Shown: piece after piece, positions 21,034 to 32,487 of the stretch
How the letters are laid out: the number at the start of each line of letters is the position of its first letter
Numbering within the stretch: the first letter of the stretch is position 1
Assembly (NCBI GenBank): GCA_043228905.1
Contig: JBHGNT010000015.1
Coordinates: 3,472,001-3,536,000 of the forward strand
Direction of reading: 5' to 3'
DNA length: 64,000 nucleotides
DNA from: Azolla caroliniana
Taxonomy: Eukaryota; Plantae; Polypodiophyta
Notes under the pieces: generated by a model
Databases searched by the model: none
The model's input: the letters and a program-made list of their open reading frames with translations, nothing else
Told to the model about the DNA's origin: nothing
Position numbers and translations under genes: made by a program

Positions 21034-24000
21034 TCACGACATCCACCCCCACCAAACCGTGCATCCACCAGCATGCGCCAGAGACGGGTAGACACCGAAG
21101 GAAACTGGCTTCACTCGTCGTTCTCCGATTCTCCGCCGGACCCACCCGAACTGATCGTCGTCGTTACTCTCGCTCGCCGGCTCCGGCTCGTCTTTGAACC
21201 GCTTCTTGAACTCTTTGATCCGCTTCCCGGCCACCGGCACCGCTAACCGTGCACCGTCGAGTTCCGCAAGGTGGTACATGCCGTTGTCGTTCGTGCTCGT
21301 CACCGTGTAGGGCCCGAACCATCTCCTAGCGAACTTTAGCACCGCCTTGTGCTGATTGTCGAGCCTGTTGTCGTATACCAAGACCCAATCGCCTTCCTCG
21401 ATCTTCTTTGGTCGCAACCGGTGCATCCGGTTGAACCGGGTCTTGTTCCGCTCCCTTGCCGCTCGCAGCTTTTCCTTCGCCTGTATCACGTCCTCCGGCC
21501 TCCGCTCGAGTTGCCGAATCCACGCCGCCAGCAACTCCTCCCGGCTCATTTCGTCCTTCCAATCTACCGTCGCCCATGAAGAAACCGTCTGTTCCACCGG
21601 CATGATCGGCTTCTGTCTGTACATCAGCTCTGCCGGCATAAACCTTGTCACCGAATTGTGCGTAGTTCGGTCCGCCCATAGTGCGTAAGGAAGGAGTCGC
21701 GGCCAATTCCCGACCTGCCCTCCGCATGCACGCACCAATGCCTTTACGATCGGCCCGTGCCCACGTTCCACCTTTCCGTTCGCCTCCGGATTGTACGCCG
21801 TAGTGAGGGAGAGTTTGACGCCTAGCCGGTCGAACAACTCCTCAGCTTCTCGCGCATCCAGCTCTCCCCGGTCCGCCACGATCCTCCCGACGCACCCGTA
21901 CCGACACACTACTTCTTCGATCAAGAACCGGCATACCGTCGCGGTTGTCTTGCTTTGCAGTGCACGGCCTTCCACCTGGTTCGTTAAGTCTTCCCATGCA
22001 AGCACCAGGTATCGCATCTGTCCTACCCCCATCGGCATCGTCACCAAGTCCACCATCCACTTGAAATGGACCGTAGGCGGGTTGGTCGGGTGTAGCTCGT
22101 CCCGATGTCGGACTACGGAGTGCATCTGACAGCTTTCGCAAGTCATTACGAACCGATGCACGTCCTGGTACAACCCCGGCCACCAGTACTTCTCTTTCAG
22201 CTTCTCGAACGTGGCCCACGTTCCGCGGTGTCCGGCCCAGGGGCTCTCGTGAAATGCCGCCAATAGTTTCCCCTATTCTTCTTTCTTTGCCACTACTCGG
22301 AGTGGGATGCCGCTTCTCTTCTTTGGGTGCCTCAATATGCACCCGTCCCGCAGGAAGAATCAGTACGCCTTCTTCCGTACCCGGCTCGCCTCCTTTCTCG
22401 CCCATGCTGCGTCCGGCGTCATCGTCCGTAGGAACCTCCCGATTTGGAGCCACTCCCCGTCGTACTTGCTTTCGTCAAATTCGCTAAGCGCCGGAGTGCT
22501 CCTTTTCCTCGTCATTACGTTAGCCAACTCGAAGAAGTCCTCGTCGACTTCTTCGTAATCCGAAACCATGCCATCTTTGTCGTTGAACCTTGCCCTCGAA
22601 AGCATGTCGGCCATGGCGTTGTCCTTTCCGGAGATGTGCCATATCTCCCGGTTTAGGGAATTAATGTATGCTATCCACCGGAGCATTGCTAGGTCTGGCG
22701 TCACACATTCGGAAACCATGCCGAGTATCGGCAGGCAGTCCGTCTCGATGATCACCTCCGTCCCGATCAAATAATCCTTGTCGGCCTTGACTGCCGAAAT
22801 GACACCCCAAAGCTCGCGCTTAACTTGGGCGTATCCTCACTGCCGCTCTCTTAATACCTTCGCCCTGAACCGGATCGGGAATCGTACGCCGTCTTTGTCT
22901 TCCTGACTGATTACCCACCCGATCCCGGTCGGGCTGGTGTCCACCGTCACGCAGATGGGAACATCCTTGCCGTAAACCGCTTTACGGAGAGTCGGCGCTA
23001 CCGTAAGCGCCTCCTTTAGTCTCCGTACCGACTCCGTGTGCTCCGTCCTCCACTCAAAGCTACGCCCCTTTTTCAATAGTCCGTAGAGGGGTTCCGCGAC
23101 ATGTGTGTAGTGCGGGATCCAGATGTGGTAGAACGCGCATGCTCCCAAGAATCTGCGGACCTCCGTGACCGAATTGCAGTCATGCTTCATCGCGGAGATG
23201 GCTTCCACCTTGGCCGGAGATGGTTTCCGACCGTATGGTCCGCATAGGTGCCCGACGACCATGATCTCAGATTGCCCGAAGGCCGACTTTTCCCCGGAGA
23301 ATGTGAGCCTCGCGCCTTCTAGTCTCTGCAGCACCTTCTCGCAGTCATCGATGTGGGACGCCACGAAATTCCGACATCCGTCCGACCTGATTGCCTCGTC
23401 CTTTTTCTCCACCGGGCATCCCCTGATCGGGATATCGTCTAAGAATGGCATGGTGATGTCCGGGATACAATCCCTGAGCACTTTGTTCATCGCGTTCACC
23501 ATGTGAGCCACTGAGTTCGTCCCTCCTTGTGGTAGGGTACACATCCGCACTAGGCCGAGAGGAGTCCGCATCGTCATAATGTCTCTACTCTCCACGGGTA
23601 GTTGGATCTGATCGTACCCCGAGTACAGATCACCGACGGAATAGATCGACCTTCCAGCGAAGGCCTCCGCGAACTCGTCTATGGTCGGTCCGATTCCTGC
23701 ATTACGGATGGTCACCTTGTTGACCAGTTGCAAGTCCTGAATGAAGCGCAGCATGCCGTTCTTCTTCGGCACCGTAAACCACCGATTTGAATAAGGGGCA
23801 CTCAAAAGGATGCCCATCTCCACCTTTTGCTTCAAGAGCTCCATCAACTTCGGGATGTGAGCTCTCGGCACCGAAATTGGCTTGAGATTCCACGGTACAT
23901 GCGGTACCGTGAAGATCACCATCGGTTCGACACCGGTTGGGTCTACGCACCCAATCTCCTCCGGTGAGAATGTGAAAGCCTTCTCGTACCTCCCGAGCAT

Positions 24001-24220
24001 TCTCCAAAACCGTGCCTCTTCCGCCGGTAGTAGAAAGCCGCCCCCACCGACCTTGAGCTCCCGTAGCGTTATGTTGGTGAACCGGTGCCCTATGCCAGCC
24101 GGATTCCGTAAACTTGGATCCGCCGCGACCCCTTTTATCTACTCCTCGCTGCCCTCCGGCAAGGGTCCCGCGACTGGCCTCACCTTCTGGTCCACAGTCT
24201 TGTACCTTGTATCCACGCGG
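21034..24220 (-). pseudogene. pol: G pol (RT, RH, INT), decayed
   Basis: ORF pieces 22837-24000, 22360-22770 and 21034-22263 carry FLDD, VDLV, ADRGE and KVERGH. Confidence 0.92.
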
Positions 24221-24788
24221 TGTCATGAAGAATTTCGGCCAGAGGCGGAAACCGGGAAACATTGGCTACATCGGCGGGGTGCAGCGTGTGTACGCACCCA
24301 TGTACATTTAGTGTGAATAATGAGGGCGCCTTTATGGCGCCGAAGAGTAGTCAAGTCAGGACAGACGGTCCCATGTAAGTCGGAGTTTATCCCACATTGT
24401 AACGCATCCCTGTCCTTGTTCTATAAAAGGAAGGAAACACCCTTTGTGAAGGGGTTGCCCATTTTGCATTAGAGGGTATACCGTTAGGTTTAGAGTTAGT
24501 TTCTTCTCCTGCAGCTCATCTCCTGCGCAAGACCCCGCTCGGCGCGACGGGCCTGAGAGCTCCCCGACGGCGGCTTGACAGCAGACGACTGTTGTAAGCT
24601 ATCTTGGTCCGGACCGTAGCTGGGAATGTATTCTTCTTTTATATATATATATATTTTTGCGTCTGTCTGTGTATATTCGCGTCTATGTTGGTGTCAGGTG
24701 TTTCCCCCTTTCCTGCGTTTCCTGTACATAAGGGCGTGAGGCGGGTCTGTGTGTGTGTGTGTGAGAGTGTGTGTGCGTAAGTCGGTGT

Positions 24789-24830
<42 letters not shown>

Positions 24831-24998
24831 TCGGTTGCTTCCGGTGTGCTTCTGGGATGCCCCCGAAAACGGTGAAGCACGACTTCCTACGCTCCGTCAC
24901 TCCCTAGTCCAAGACCCCCGTGGTCCCGCCTTTCTCCACGCACGCGCGTAACAACGCGACATCTTTGGTGAACCTGACCTGAAAGGCGGCAAGGGAGG

Positions 24999-25598
24999 AT
25001 GGAGTCGGAAGACGACGACCTTGCGGAGATGGTGGCCGAAGTGGTGTTGGAGTCGGCACGAGTGATGATGAGGCGAGAAGCAGCGCAACAAGCAGTTGGG
25101 CGAGTGGTCGAAAGAGTCGGCCGTTTTAGCGGGGACAGAGTCCCATCTTACTTGGAAGCCTACAACGCGGAAATGGAGGAGTGCGGCGTAGACGAGACGT
25201 TGAGGCTGGAGTTCTTCTGTCGGGTCGTAGCTGTCCGGATGCATGCGGAAATAAAGGAGCTCCGTGAGGCTCATAGTTCGTGGGAGGCCTTCGAAGAGGC
25301 GCTCCTAAAGGCATACGGAGGACGGCGGAAGAGCCGGGGACGGCACGACTTCGACCAGTGGGTGGCATCGGCAAAGACCCACCGGGGCGCTGCCAAGGCG
25401 TTTCGAGAGTTCGAGCGGCGGCTTGCTTGGCTCCCGGAGCGGGAACAAGGTTTGGTGGGGGCGGACAAGGTCCTATTGTTCGTCAGGTCGATCGACCGAG
25501 CGGAACGGGAGGCCATCGGGATTGAGCTCGAAGACGATGATGGAGCGAATGGATTTACGGAGGACTGGTCGAAGGTCAAAGGGTGTGCCAACGGCTAG
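24999..25598 (+). CDS. gag: Capsid-like gag N-terminal ORF of E (apparent frameshift near 25580)
   Basis: GRFSGDRVPSYLEAYNAEM, WEAFEEAL and KVLLFVRSID, homologous to D/F gag. Confidence 0.75.
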   Translation: MESEDDDLAEMVAEVVLESARVMMRREAAQQAVGRVVERVGRFSGDRVPSYLEAYNAEMEECGVDETLRLEFFCRVVAVRMHAEIKELREAHSSWEAFEEALLKAYGGRRKSRGRHDFDQWVASAKTHRGAAKAFREFERRLAWLPEREQGLVGADKVLLFVRSIDRAEREAIGIELEDDDGANGFTEDWSKVKGCANG

Positions 25599-26659
25599 AC
25601 AACGAGCGAGCCGAGAAGGCTAAGAGGAAGGTACGCAACGGCGTGCCATCACAGCGGGAAGAGGCCGAACGACAAAGAGAGTCGGCAAGGGTCGGCGTTG
25701 GGGCCAGGATTGCGGAGGCGTACGCAGCTCTCGAGGCGATGCTCGAGGAAGAGGAAAGATCAAGGCCGCAAGCCGAGACTGAGGAGACGGACTTGCCCCA
25801 CGCGACGGCGGAAGATCGGTACCACGGTACCACGGGAGAGGGTGCAGAACAAAATGCCCTCTCGAATTGCGGAGATAGAACGGCCAAGGACGAGGCCGAG
25901 ATACAAATCGCGGAACCGGATAGTTGGGACCGGCGGTTTCGGGCGTGTCAGCCCGAAACCCCGGATAACAGAGAAGCAAGCCCAGGCGGGGCTTGCGCTG
26001 TCGTGCCTTTCGGCTCCGGATCGTTGCGTGAGTCGGGTGGGAACCACAGAGGTCTTGGACTAGGAGAAAGAAGTTCGTGAGATAGAGATTAATTATGAAT
26101 AAATAGCGAAGAGAAAGATAAGAAACTCGTGAATCACGCGAGTATACTATATTAATTGGTACTTAGGGTGTTAAGAGAGAAGTAGATGTATAAATCGTGA
26201 ATCCCACGAATAATTTTTGTATTGATTAATACTTAATCCAAATAATCAACAACAACTACAATGTGCTCCCCATCCTTATATAGTGATGGGAGAGACTAAG
26301 CATAGCTACATGCTTTTTCTCATATGTTCATGCACACTAAATGTGCATGTGATGCTTTTTTTTTTTTTATTATTTTATTTCCTAAGTATAGGGCTCATGC
26401 ACGCTAGATGTGCATGAGTTATTTTTTAGTGTCTCGTGTTTTTTCTTTTTCATATATTAAAGAAATACACGATTTACCTTTTAATAAAGGTATGCATAAA
26501 TAAAGGTCTTATACATATTAAATCTATATTTAAAACACTTAAGATAATTTAATGTAATGGTAAGGTTGGGGTTTGTCAACGTGGAGGTGTAGAGTTCGAA
26601 TCACGCCCTGCGCAGTAGTGAGTATTTCCTTCCTTTTTTTTTTTTACATTTATGTCTCT

Positions 26660-26775
26660 TCCTTGCCGGTATGCCGTTTTCCTCCTTGCCGGTATGCCGT
26701 TTTCCTCCTTGCCGGTATGCCGTTTTCCTCCTTGCCGGTATGCCGTTTTTCCTCCTTGCCGGTATGCCGTTTTCT
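26660..26775. repeat. About 23-bp tandem repeat (CCTCCTTGCCGGTATGCCGTTTT) in the D LTR
   Basis: Five copies here and three copies at about 33188-33262. Confidence 0.9.
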
Positions 26776-26845
26776 TCCGGTTCTCACCGAGCACTCCATT
26801 CTCTATCCGGAGGGACAAAAATATAATTTCCACATAGTGTGCAAC

Positions 26846-29800
26846 CTACACTACGACACTCGCCCCCTCCAAACCCGCACATCCTCCGGTATGTGCCGAA
26901 GTTCTTGATTCTTCGTATCCGTCTTCATCCGAAGCTTCCTCCGATTCTCCCCTTATGTCGACTATGAGTTGTAATCCACTTTCTTCGCTTCCCGCATCAT
27001 TGTGGTCTTCGTCCGATTGCTCCTCGTTGTCGGCCTCGACTTGGATCACATAAGGTTTGTCGTCGGTCCGCTTCTTGAAAATCTTCACCCGCTTCCCGGC
27101 TATAGGCACTCGTAGTATTGTTCCATCCAACTCGGACAGTCGATACGTCCCGTTGTCGAAGACCTTCCGAACCTCGTACGGCCCGAACCACCTTTTCGCG
27201 AATTTCCGCATCGTTGTATGTTGATGGTCCAAGCTACTATCATAGACGATCACCCAATCTCCTTCTTCAATCCTCCTCGGTCGTAGTCGGTGCTTTGTGT
27301 CGAACCGGCTTTTGTTCCGGAACCGTGCTTCGTGTTGTCGGCGTGACGCTTCCGCTACATCTTTCGGTCTTCCCTCCAGTTGTCGTATCCGGACCGCTAG
27401 TAGTTCTTCCCGGCTCATCTCTTCCTTCCACGGTAGTATTGTCCATGTCGCGATTGCGGTTTCCGTTGGCATTACCGGTGCTTGTCCGGTCATGAGTTCT
27501 GCCGGCATGTAACCGGTCACGGAGCTATGCGTCGTCCGATCCGCCCATAGTGCATACGGAAGCATTTGTGGCCAATCCTTCACCCTTCCGTCGCATGCCT
27601 TCGCAAGTGCTTTCACGATCGGACTATGTCCTCGTTCGATCTTCCCGTTGGCCTCCGGATTGTAGGCCGTTGTCAACGTTAACCGAACTCCATGTTTGGC
27701 GAAGAATCCCCTAGCTTTGTCCGAGTCGAGTTCTCCCCGGTCCGCAATCACTTGTCCTACGCAGCCGTACCTACAAAACACTTCTTCCAAAAGAAATTGG
27801 CACACCGCGGCACACGTTTTCCTCCGAAGCGCTCGACCTTCAACTTGGTTTGTGAGATCTTCTCGAGCTAACACCAAGTATTTCTTTTGTCCAATCCCGG
27901 TCGGCATAGCTACAATGTCGACCATCCACTTGAAGTTGATTGTCGGTGAGAATGTCGGATGCAGCTCATCTCGGTGTCGGACCCCGGAGTAGACTTGACA
28001 TTTCTCGCAGCTTTCTGTGAACTCCGCGACATCTTTATACATGTTCTTCCACCAATATCTTTGCTTGATTTTCACAAAAGTTGCCCATGTTCCTCGATGT
28101 CCAGCCCAATCGGATTCGTGGAACTCGGACATTATCCGGTTTCGTTGCTCTTTCGTCCCGACTACTCGAAGTGGTATCCCATCCGGTCTTTTCGGCGCCC
28201 TCCATATTAAACCGTTTTCCAAGAAGAACTTTTGGACTTGCCTCTTCTTCCTTCGGATCTCGGCTCTCCTTTCTTTATCATTGGTTGAATCCTCGACCTC
28301 TTGTAGCATCTTCCCGATCATCAAGGTTTCCCCCTCGTATTCTTCTTCCCGGAATTCTCGGATCACGTTCACTCGGCATATGTGTTCTGACGTGAAGTAG
28401 TCTTCGGAAACTTCTTCATTATCTGATTCGGTTATGTCGTCTTCAAACCGCGCCCTCGATAACATGTCCGCTACCGCGTTGTCCTTCCCCGAGATGTGTC
28501 GAACCTCCGGATTAAGTGACTTGACATATGCAATCCACCTTAGCATAGCCACATCTGGTATCGTACAACACCGCATCATCCCGAGTATCGGAAGACAATC
28601 CGTCTCGATCACCACTTCAGCTCCGAACAAATAATCCCGATCCGATTTTATCGCCGACACGACTCCCCACAATTCTCTTTTGACTTGTGCATATCCGCGT
28701 TGCCTTTCGTTGAGGACCTTTGCTCCAAATCGGATCGGATACCGCGAACCATCCGAGTCGGCTTGATTGATGACCCACCCGATACCGGTTGGACTTGTAT
28801 CAACCGTTACTATGATTGGCCGCTCGTAGCTTGGCTTCTTAAGTGATTCCGCCCTCCATAGTGTCTTCTTGAGCTTCCTCATGGCTTTAGTGTGTTCCGG
28901 TTTCCACTCGAATTTCTTACCTTTCCGCAACAAGTGATAGAGCGGGTCCGCTATATGTGCATAGTGCGGAATCCATATGTGATAGAATGCACACGCACCT
29001 AGAAACCTTCGGACTTCCGATGTTGACTCACATACTTCCTTCATAGCTTGAATCGCATCGATCTTTGTTGGTGACGGTCTTCGGCCGTAGGGTCCACATA
29101 GATGTCCGACCACCAATATTTCTTCTTGCCCGAATGCCGATTTCTCCCCGGAAAGTGTTAGGTGCACATCTTCTAGCTTTCGCAACACTTTCTCGCAATC
29201 ATGAATATGGTCGACCACGAACTTTCGGCATCCCCGATCATCCATAGTCTCATCTTTTTCTTCCACCGCGCATCCTTTCATCGGAATGTCATCTAGAAAC
29301 GGCATCGTTATCTCCGGGATGCAATCTCGAAGCACCTTGTTCATCGCGTTCATCATATGTGCAACCGAGTTTGTCGCTCCTTGTGGTAGTGTGCACATTC
29401 GAACTAGTCCTATCGGTGTCCGCATGGTAGTGATGTCTCGGCTCTCCACGGCTAGTTGGAATTGGTCATACCCCGAGTATAGGTCCCCGATGGAGTATAT
29501 CGCACGTCCGGCAAAAGCTTCCGCGAATTCGTCCACTATCGGACCGACTCCCGAGTTCCGGATCGTGACCTTGTTCACCGGTTGCAAGTCTTGGATAAAT
29601 CGGAGTGACCCATTCTTCTTCGGAACCGTAAACCATCGATTTGAGTACGGAGCACTTGATGGCTCTAGAATCCCCATCGCCACCTTCTCCTTGAGCAAGT
29701 CGATGACTTTCGGAATATGCGCCCGTGGCACCGGAATCAGCTTCAGGTTCCACGGTACATGATCAATCGTGAAAATCACCATCGGCTCCACTATCTTTGG

Positions 29801-30457
29801 ATCAATGCATCCGATCTCCCTCGATGTGAACGCGAATGCTTTGCCATGTTGCTCCAACATCTCTCGAAACCGTTTTTCTTCTTCTTGTAAGAGGAACCCA
29901 CCTCCACCGATCCGAAGTTTCTTCCGGGTCTCATCTGTGAAGGCATGTCCGATATCCACGGACTTCCGAAGTGTCGGATCTCCCGAGACTTCTTTCTTCT
30001 TTTGTTCGCTATCGGCGGGTAATGGTCCCGCGGCCGGTTTCACCTTCTTCTCCACGGTCTTGTATTTCGTACTTACCATTGCTTCTTCTTTGCGGAGCGC
30101 ATCCGGCCCCATTTTCGCAACGATCTCGTACATCTCGACCGATTCCACCGGGACTACCCGGTTCCCTTGGCTTTTATCTTCCGCAAGCTCTTCAAGCCGT
30201 TGTAGTGTATTCCCATAGAACACTTCCTCGATCACTCCCACGATTTCTTCGTCTTCTTTTATTATTGATGCCGACCGTAACTTATCCTCCACTTGTCGGT
30301 ATTGTTTCTTCATTCCTCCGGTTACGGCCGTGTACGTAGATGCCCCATCCGGGCCGATTCGTACTTGTTTTGCTCCGAGAGTTTTCTTCCTGTGTGGGGT
30401 ATCAGGGCTTCTCGGACTATCACTTCCCCACTCCGCAACAGTCCGCTTTAAAAATCC
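26846..30457 (-). CDS. pol: D Pol (RT, RNase H, integrase), intact, probably entered by -1 frameshift
   Basis: 1155-aa ORF whose frame stays open upstream to the slippery site at 30451-30457. It ends 13 nt inside the 3' LTR. Confidence 0.93.
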   Translation of the reverse strand, partial: GFLKRTVAEWGSDSPRSPDTPHRKKTLGAKQVRIGPDGASTYTAVTGGMKKQYRQVEDKLRSASIIKEDEEIVGVIEEVFYGNTLQRLEELAEDKSQGNRVVPVESVEMYEIVAKMGPDALRKEEAMVSTKYKTVEKKVKPAAGPLPADSEQKKKEVSGDPTLRKSVDIGHAFTDETRKKLRIGGGGFLLQEEEKRFREMLEQHGKAFAFTSREIGCIDPKIVEPMVIFTIDHVPWNLKLIPVPRAHIPKVIDLLKEKVAMGILEPSSAPYSNRWFTVPKKNGSLRFIQDLQPVNKVTIRNSGVGPIVDEFAEAFAGRAIYSIGDLYSGYDQFQLAVESRDITTMRTPIGLVRMCTLPQGATNSVAHMMNAMNKVLRDCIPEITMPFLDDIPMKGCAVEEKDETMDDRGCRKFVVDHIHDCEKVLRKLEDVHLTLSGEKSAFGQEEILVVGHLCGPYGRRPSPTKIDAIQAMKEVCESTSEVRRFLGACAFYHIWIPHYAHIADPLYHLLRKGKKFEWKPEHTKAMRKLKKTLWRAESLKKPSYERPIIVTVDTSPTGIGWVINQADSDGSRYPIRFGAKVLNERQRGYAQVKRELWGVVSAIKSDRDYLFGAEVVIETDCLPILGMMRCCTIPDVAMLRWIAYVKSLNPEVRHISGKDNAVADMLSRARFEDDITESDNEEVSEDYFTSEHICRVNVIREFREEEYEGETLMIGKMLQEVEDSTNDKERRAEIRRKKRQVQKFFLENGLIWRAPKRPDGIPLRVVGTKEQRNRIMSEFHESDWAGHRGTWATFVKIKQRYWWKNMYKDVAEFTESCEKCQVYSGVRHRDELHPTFSPTINFKWMVDIVAMPTGIGQKKYLVLAREDLTNQVEGRALRRKTCAAVCQFLLEEVFCRYGCVGQVIADRGELDSDKARGFFAKHGVRLTLTTAYNPEANGKIERGHSPIVKALAKACDGRVKDWPQMLPYALWADRTTHSSVTGYMPAELMTGQAPVMPTETAIATWTILPWKEEMSREELLAVRIRQLEGRPKDVAEASRRQHEARFRNKSRFDTKHRLRPRRIEEGDWVIVYDSSLDHQHTTMRKFAKRWFGPYEVRKVFDNGTYRLSELDGTILRVPIAGKRVKIFKKRTDDKPYVIQVEADNEEQSDEDHNDAGSEESGLQLIVDIRGESEEASDEDGYEESRTSAHTGGCAGLEGASVVV

Positions 30458-32487
30458 ATTCTCACTTGGGACAAGAGTTCCCTCTTGTTCCTTTCGTGAT
30501 TTGCCGGCACCGTTAGGAATTGGACGGATTTCCCTCCGTTTTGGCTCCGAATTCGCGCAAAAGCCGCACCACTATCGAGCACCTTCGTCTCCATCCGTGA
30601 AGCCGTGATAAAGGGTTGGCCGAGGATGACAGAATGTGAAACCTCATCCTGCACAAAGAAATTTTGGTCAATTTCGACATCCCCGATCTTTACCGTCACA
30701 TCCGGACAAGCCGCAAATAGGTCTTCTGTCGTTTTCGTGGCTGCCCGAATCTTCCATCCATGGTTGGTGTTTATAGGCCACTTCCCCTTTCGGTAGAACT
30801 CCTTGGACATCAAGTTGATCTCCGATCCGTGATCAATCAATGCTAGCACGGGTTCTTTGATGTTGCCGATTCGGACCGGAGTCTCCGTAGTCGCACGTGC
30901 CCAGTGTGGCCTTGTATAGTGGGAGTTCGGAATTTCGCCTTCCACTTCGGTGTCGTTCATTGAAACGGTATTTGCATTCACCCTTGGAGCATTTTCCTCC
31001 GTACTTTGTCTCTTCCTTTTCACGAGATCCACGAGAAGATCGTGAAACTCCTTCTTCACTATTCCGAGTAGTTCCCGCAGCGAAAAATCTACCCGGCTAT
31101 CCAAGATTCTTTCCTCGAACACTCTTTTCAAGTCGGTTTGTTGTTCTATGTCCGAGGCGAGCTTGAATGCCGGAGTCGCCTTTTCTTTTCCCTTACCTCC
31201 GGAGTTCCAGCTTTCCGGTATCTTCGATGGTCCGGCCGCATCCTCCGTGCGCCGTCGTTTCTCGTCCACATACACCTCATGTAATTGACACAGGGCGTAT
31301 ATGCTATTCTTGTCGACAGGGCACTCCCATCCCGTAGCTTCCCGGACGCCTTCCGCGGTGTTTCGGATATCGTTGGAGTCGGTTTTCTCGGTGTTTTCTA
31401 GCACCTCCGGCCAGAAAGACGCCTTCGCTCCCGTTGACTCCCCGACACATATTCCCGCGGTTGTCGCATAGTTGCTTCTTGCCGCTAACTCCTCCTCGAG
31501 CACCTTCTTCATGCCGCCTTTCCGGAAGTTCGGTCAGAGTGGCTTCCGAGAGTCCATCGAATGAATCCGGTTTCCCTCGTAGTAGATGAGATCCCGTCGT
31601 AGCGCCTCCTTATGGTCGTCGCAATCCCTCCGATCGTGTTCGGCGCTATCGCACCATATGCACCGTCGATCCGTATATTTGGAGCTTGTGGGGCGGTCAT
31701 CCGACTTCTTCACCATCGCGATCTTTAGATTCTCCATCTCCTTCAGCAGCTGCTCCACCGTAGACGCGTCGACTCCCTTCTCGGCCGTAATCTCCCGAGC
31801 CCTCGGTTGATGGTCTTCCAGTCCCGTTCTCGGTTTCGGAATCGGTTCCGAAACCCTCTTTTCTTCGTTGGCAAGCCATTGCCCCCTCTTCGTGTACCGC
31901 GCGACGATATCCCGCACGCTTTCCCATGTTTCGGTGAGGCCGCTTTCGGTGGTCGTGTCCTCAAGAAGCACTCCGAGATCTTTCCGGTCCCGGACGTCCA
32001 CAGCTCGCAAAAACATGATGACTTTGTCCGGTGCAAGAATAGTTTGATCTCTCGCGGACAACCTCCCGAACCGACTTTCGAATGTCGAAAACACTTCGAG
32101 GACCTTCAGCCCCTTACCTGACGTTTCCACCCAATCCTCGAATCCCCTCCGCGTTGCCTTGGAGGAGTCCTCGACGGCAAACGTGGTCTTTAACGCCTCT
32201 TCGAATGCTTCCCACGTCGGATTTTGTTGTTGCAACCCGTGGATACTCCCTTGAAGCCCGTCGGTCGCCACCCGGTTAAAGGATGTCACTTGCAGTCCTT
32301 CCGAAGCCCGGCACCGGAGCATCTCCGCCTTGTAGTCCTGCAAATATCGCGACACATCCTTACCATTAAATTGCCCATTGCGTTGCACGAGCCGCTCTAC
32401 TGATGCCGAAATCTCCGACATCGTGCGTTGTTCTTGAAGCATCCGTTCGAACATCGCCATCATATTGTTAGCTTGTTGAGCCTCCAT
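30448..32487 (-). pseudogene. gag: D Gag-protease with a single premature TGA at 31534-31536
   Basis: The two ORF pieces are in the same frame. CIWCDSAEHDRRDC and ALIDHGSEIN. Confidence 0.9.

Noticed and set aside
26660-26775. CRISPR-like short repeats (also the 54-mers)
   Set aside because: Head-to-tail units without unique spacers, located inside LTRs, with no cas genes.
26846-27250. Possible chromodomain or env after the D integrase
   Set aside because: Only a GPY/F-type module and an acidic tail are present, and the ORF runs directly into the PPT and LTR.
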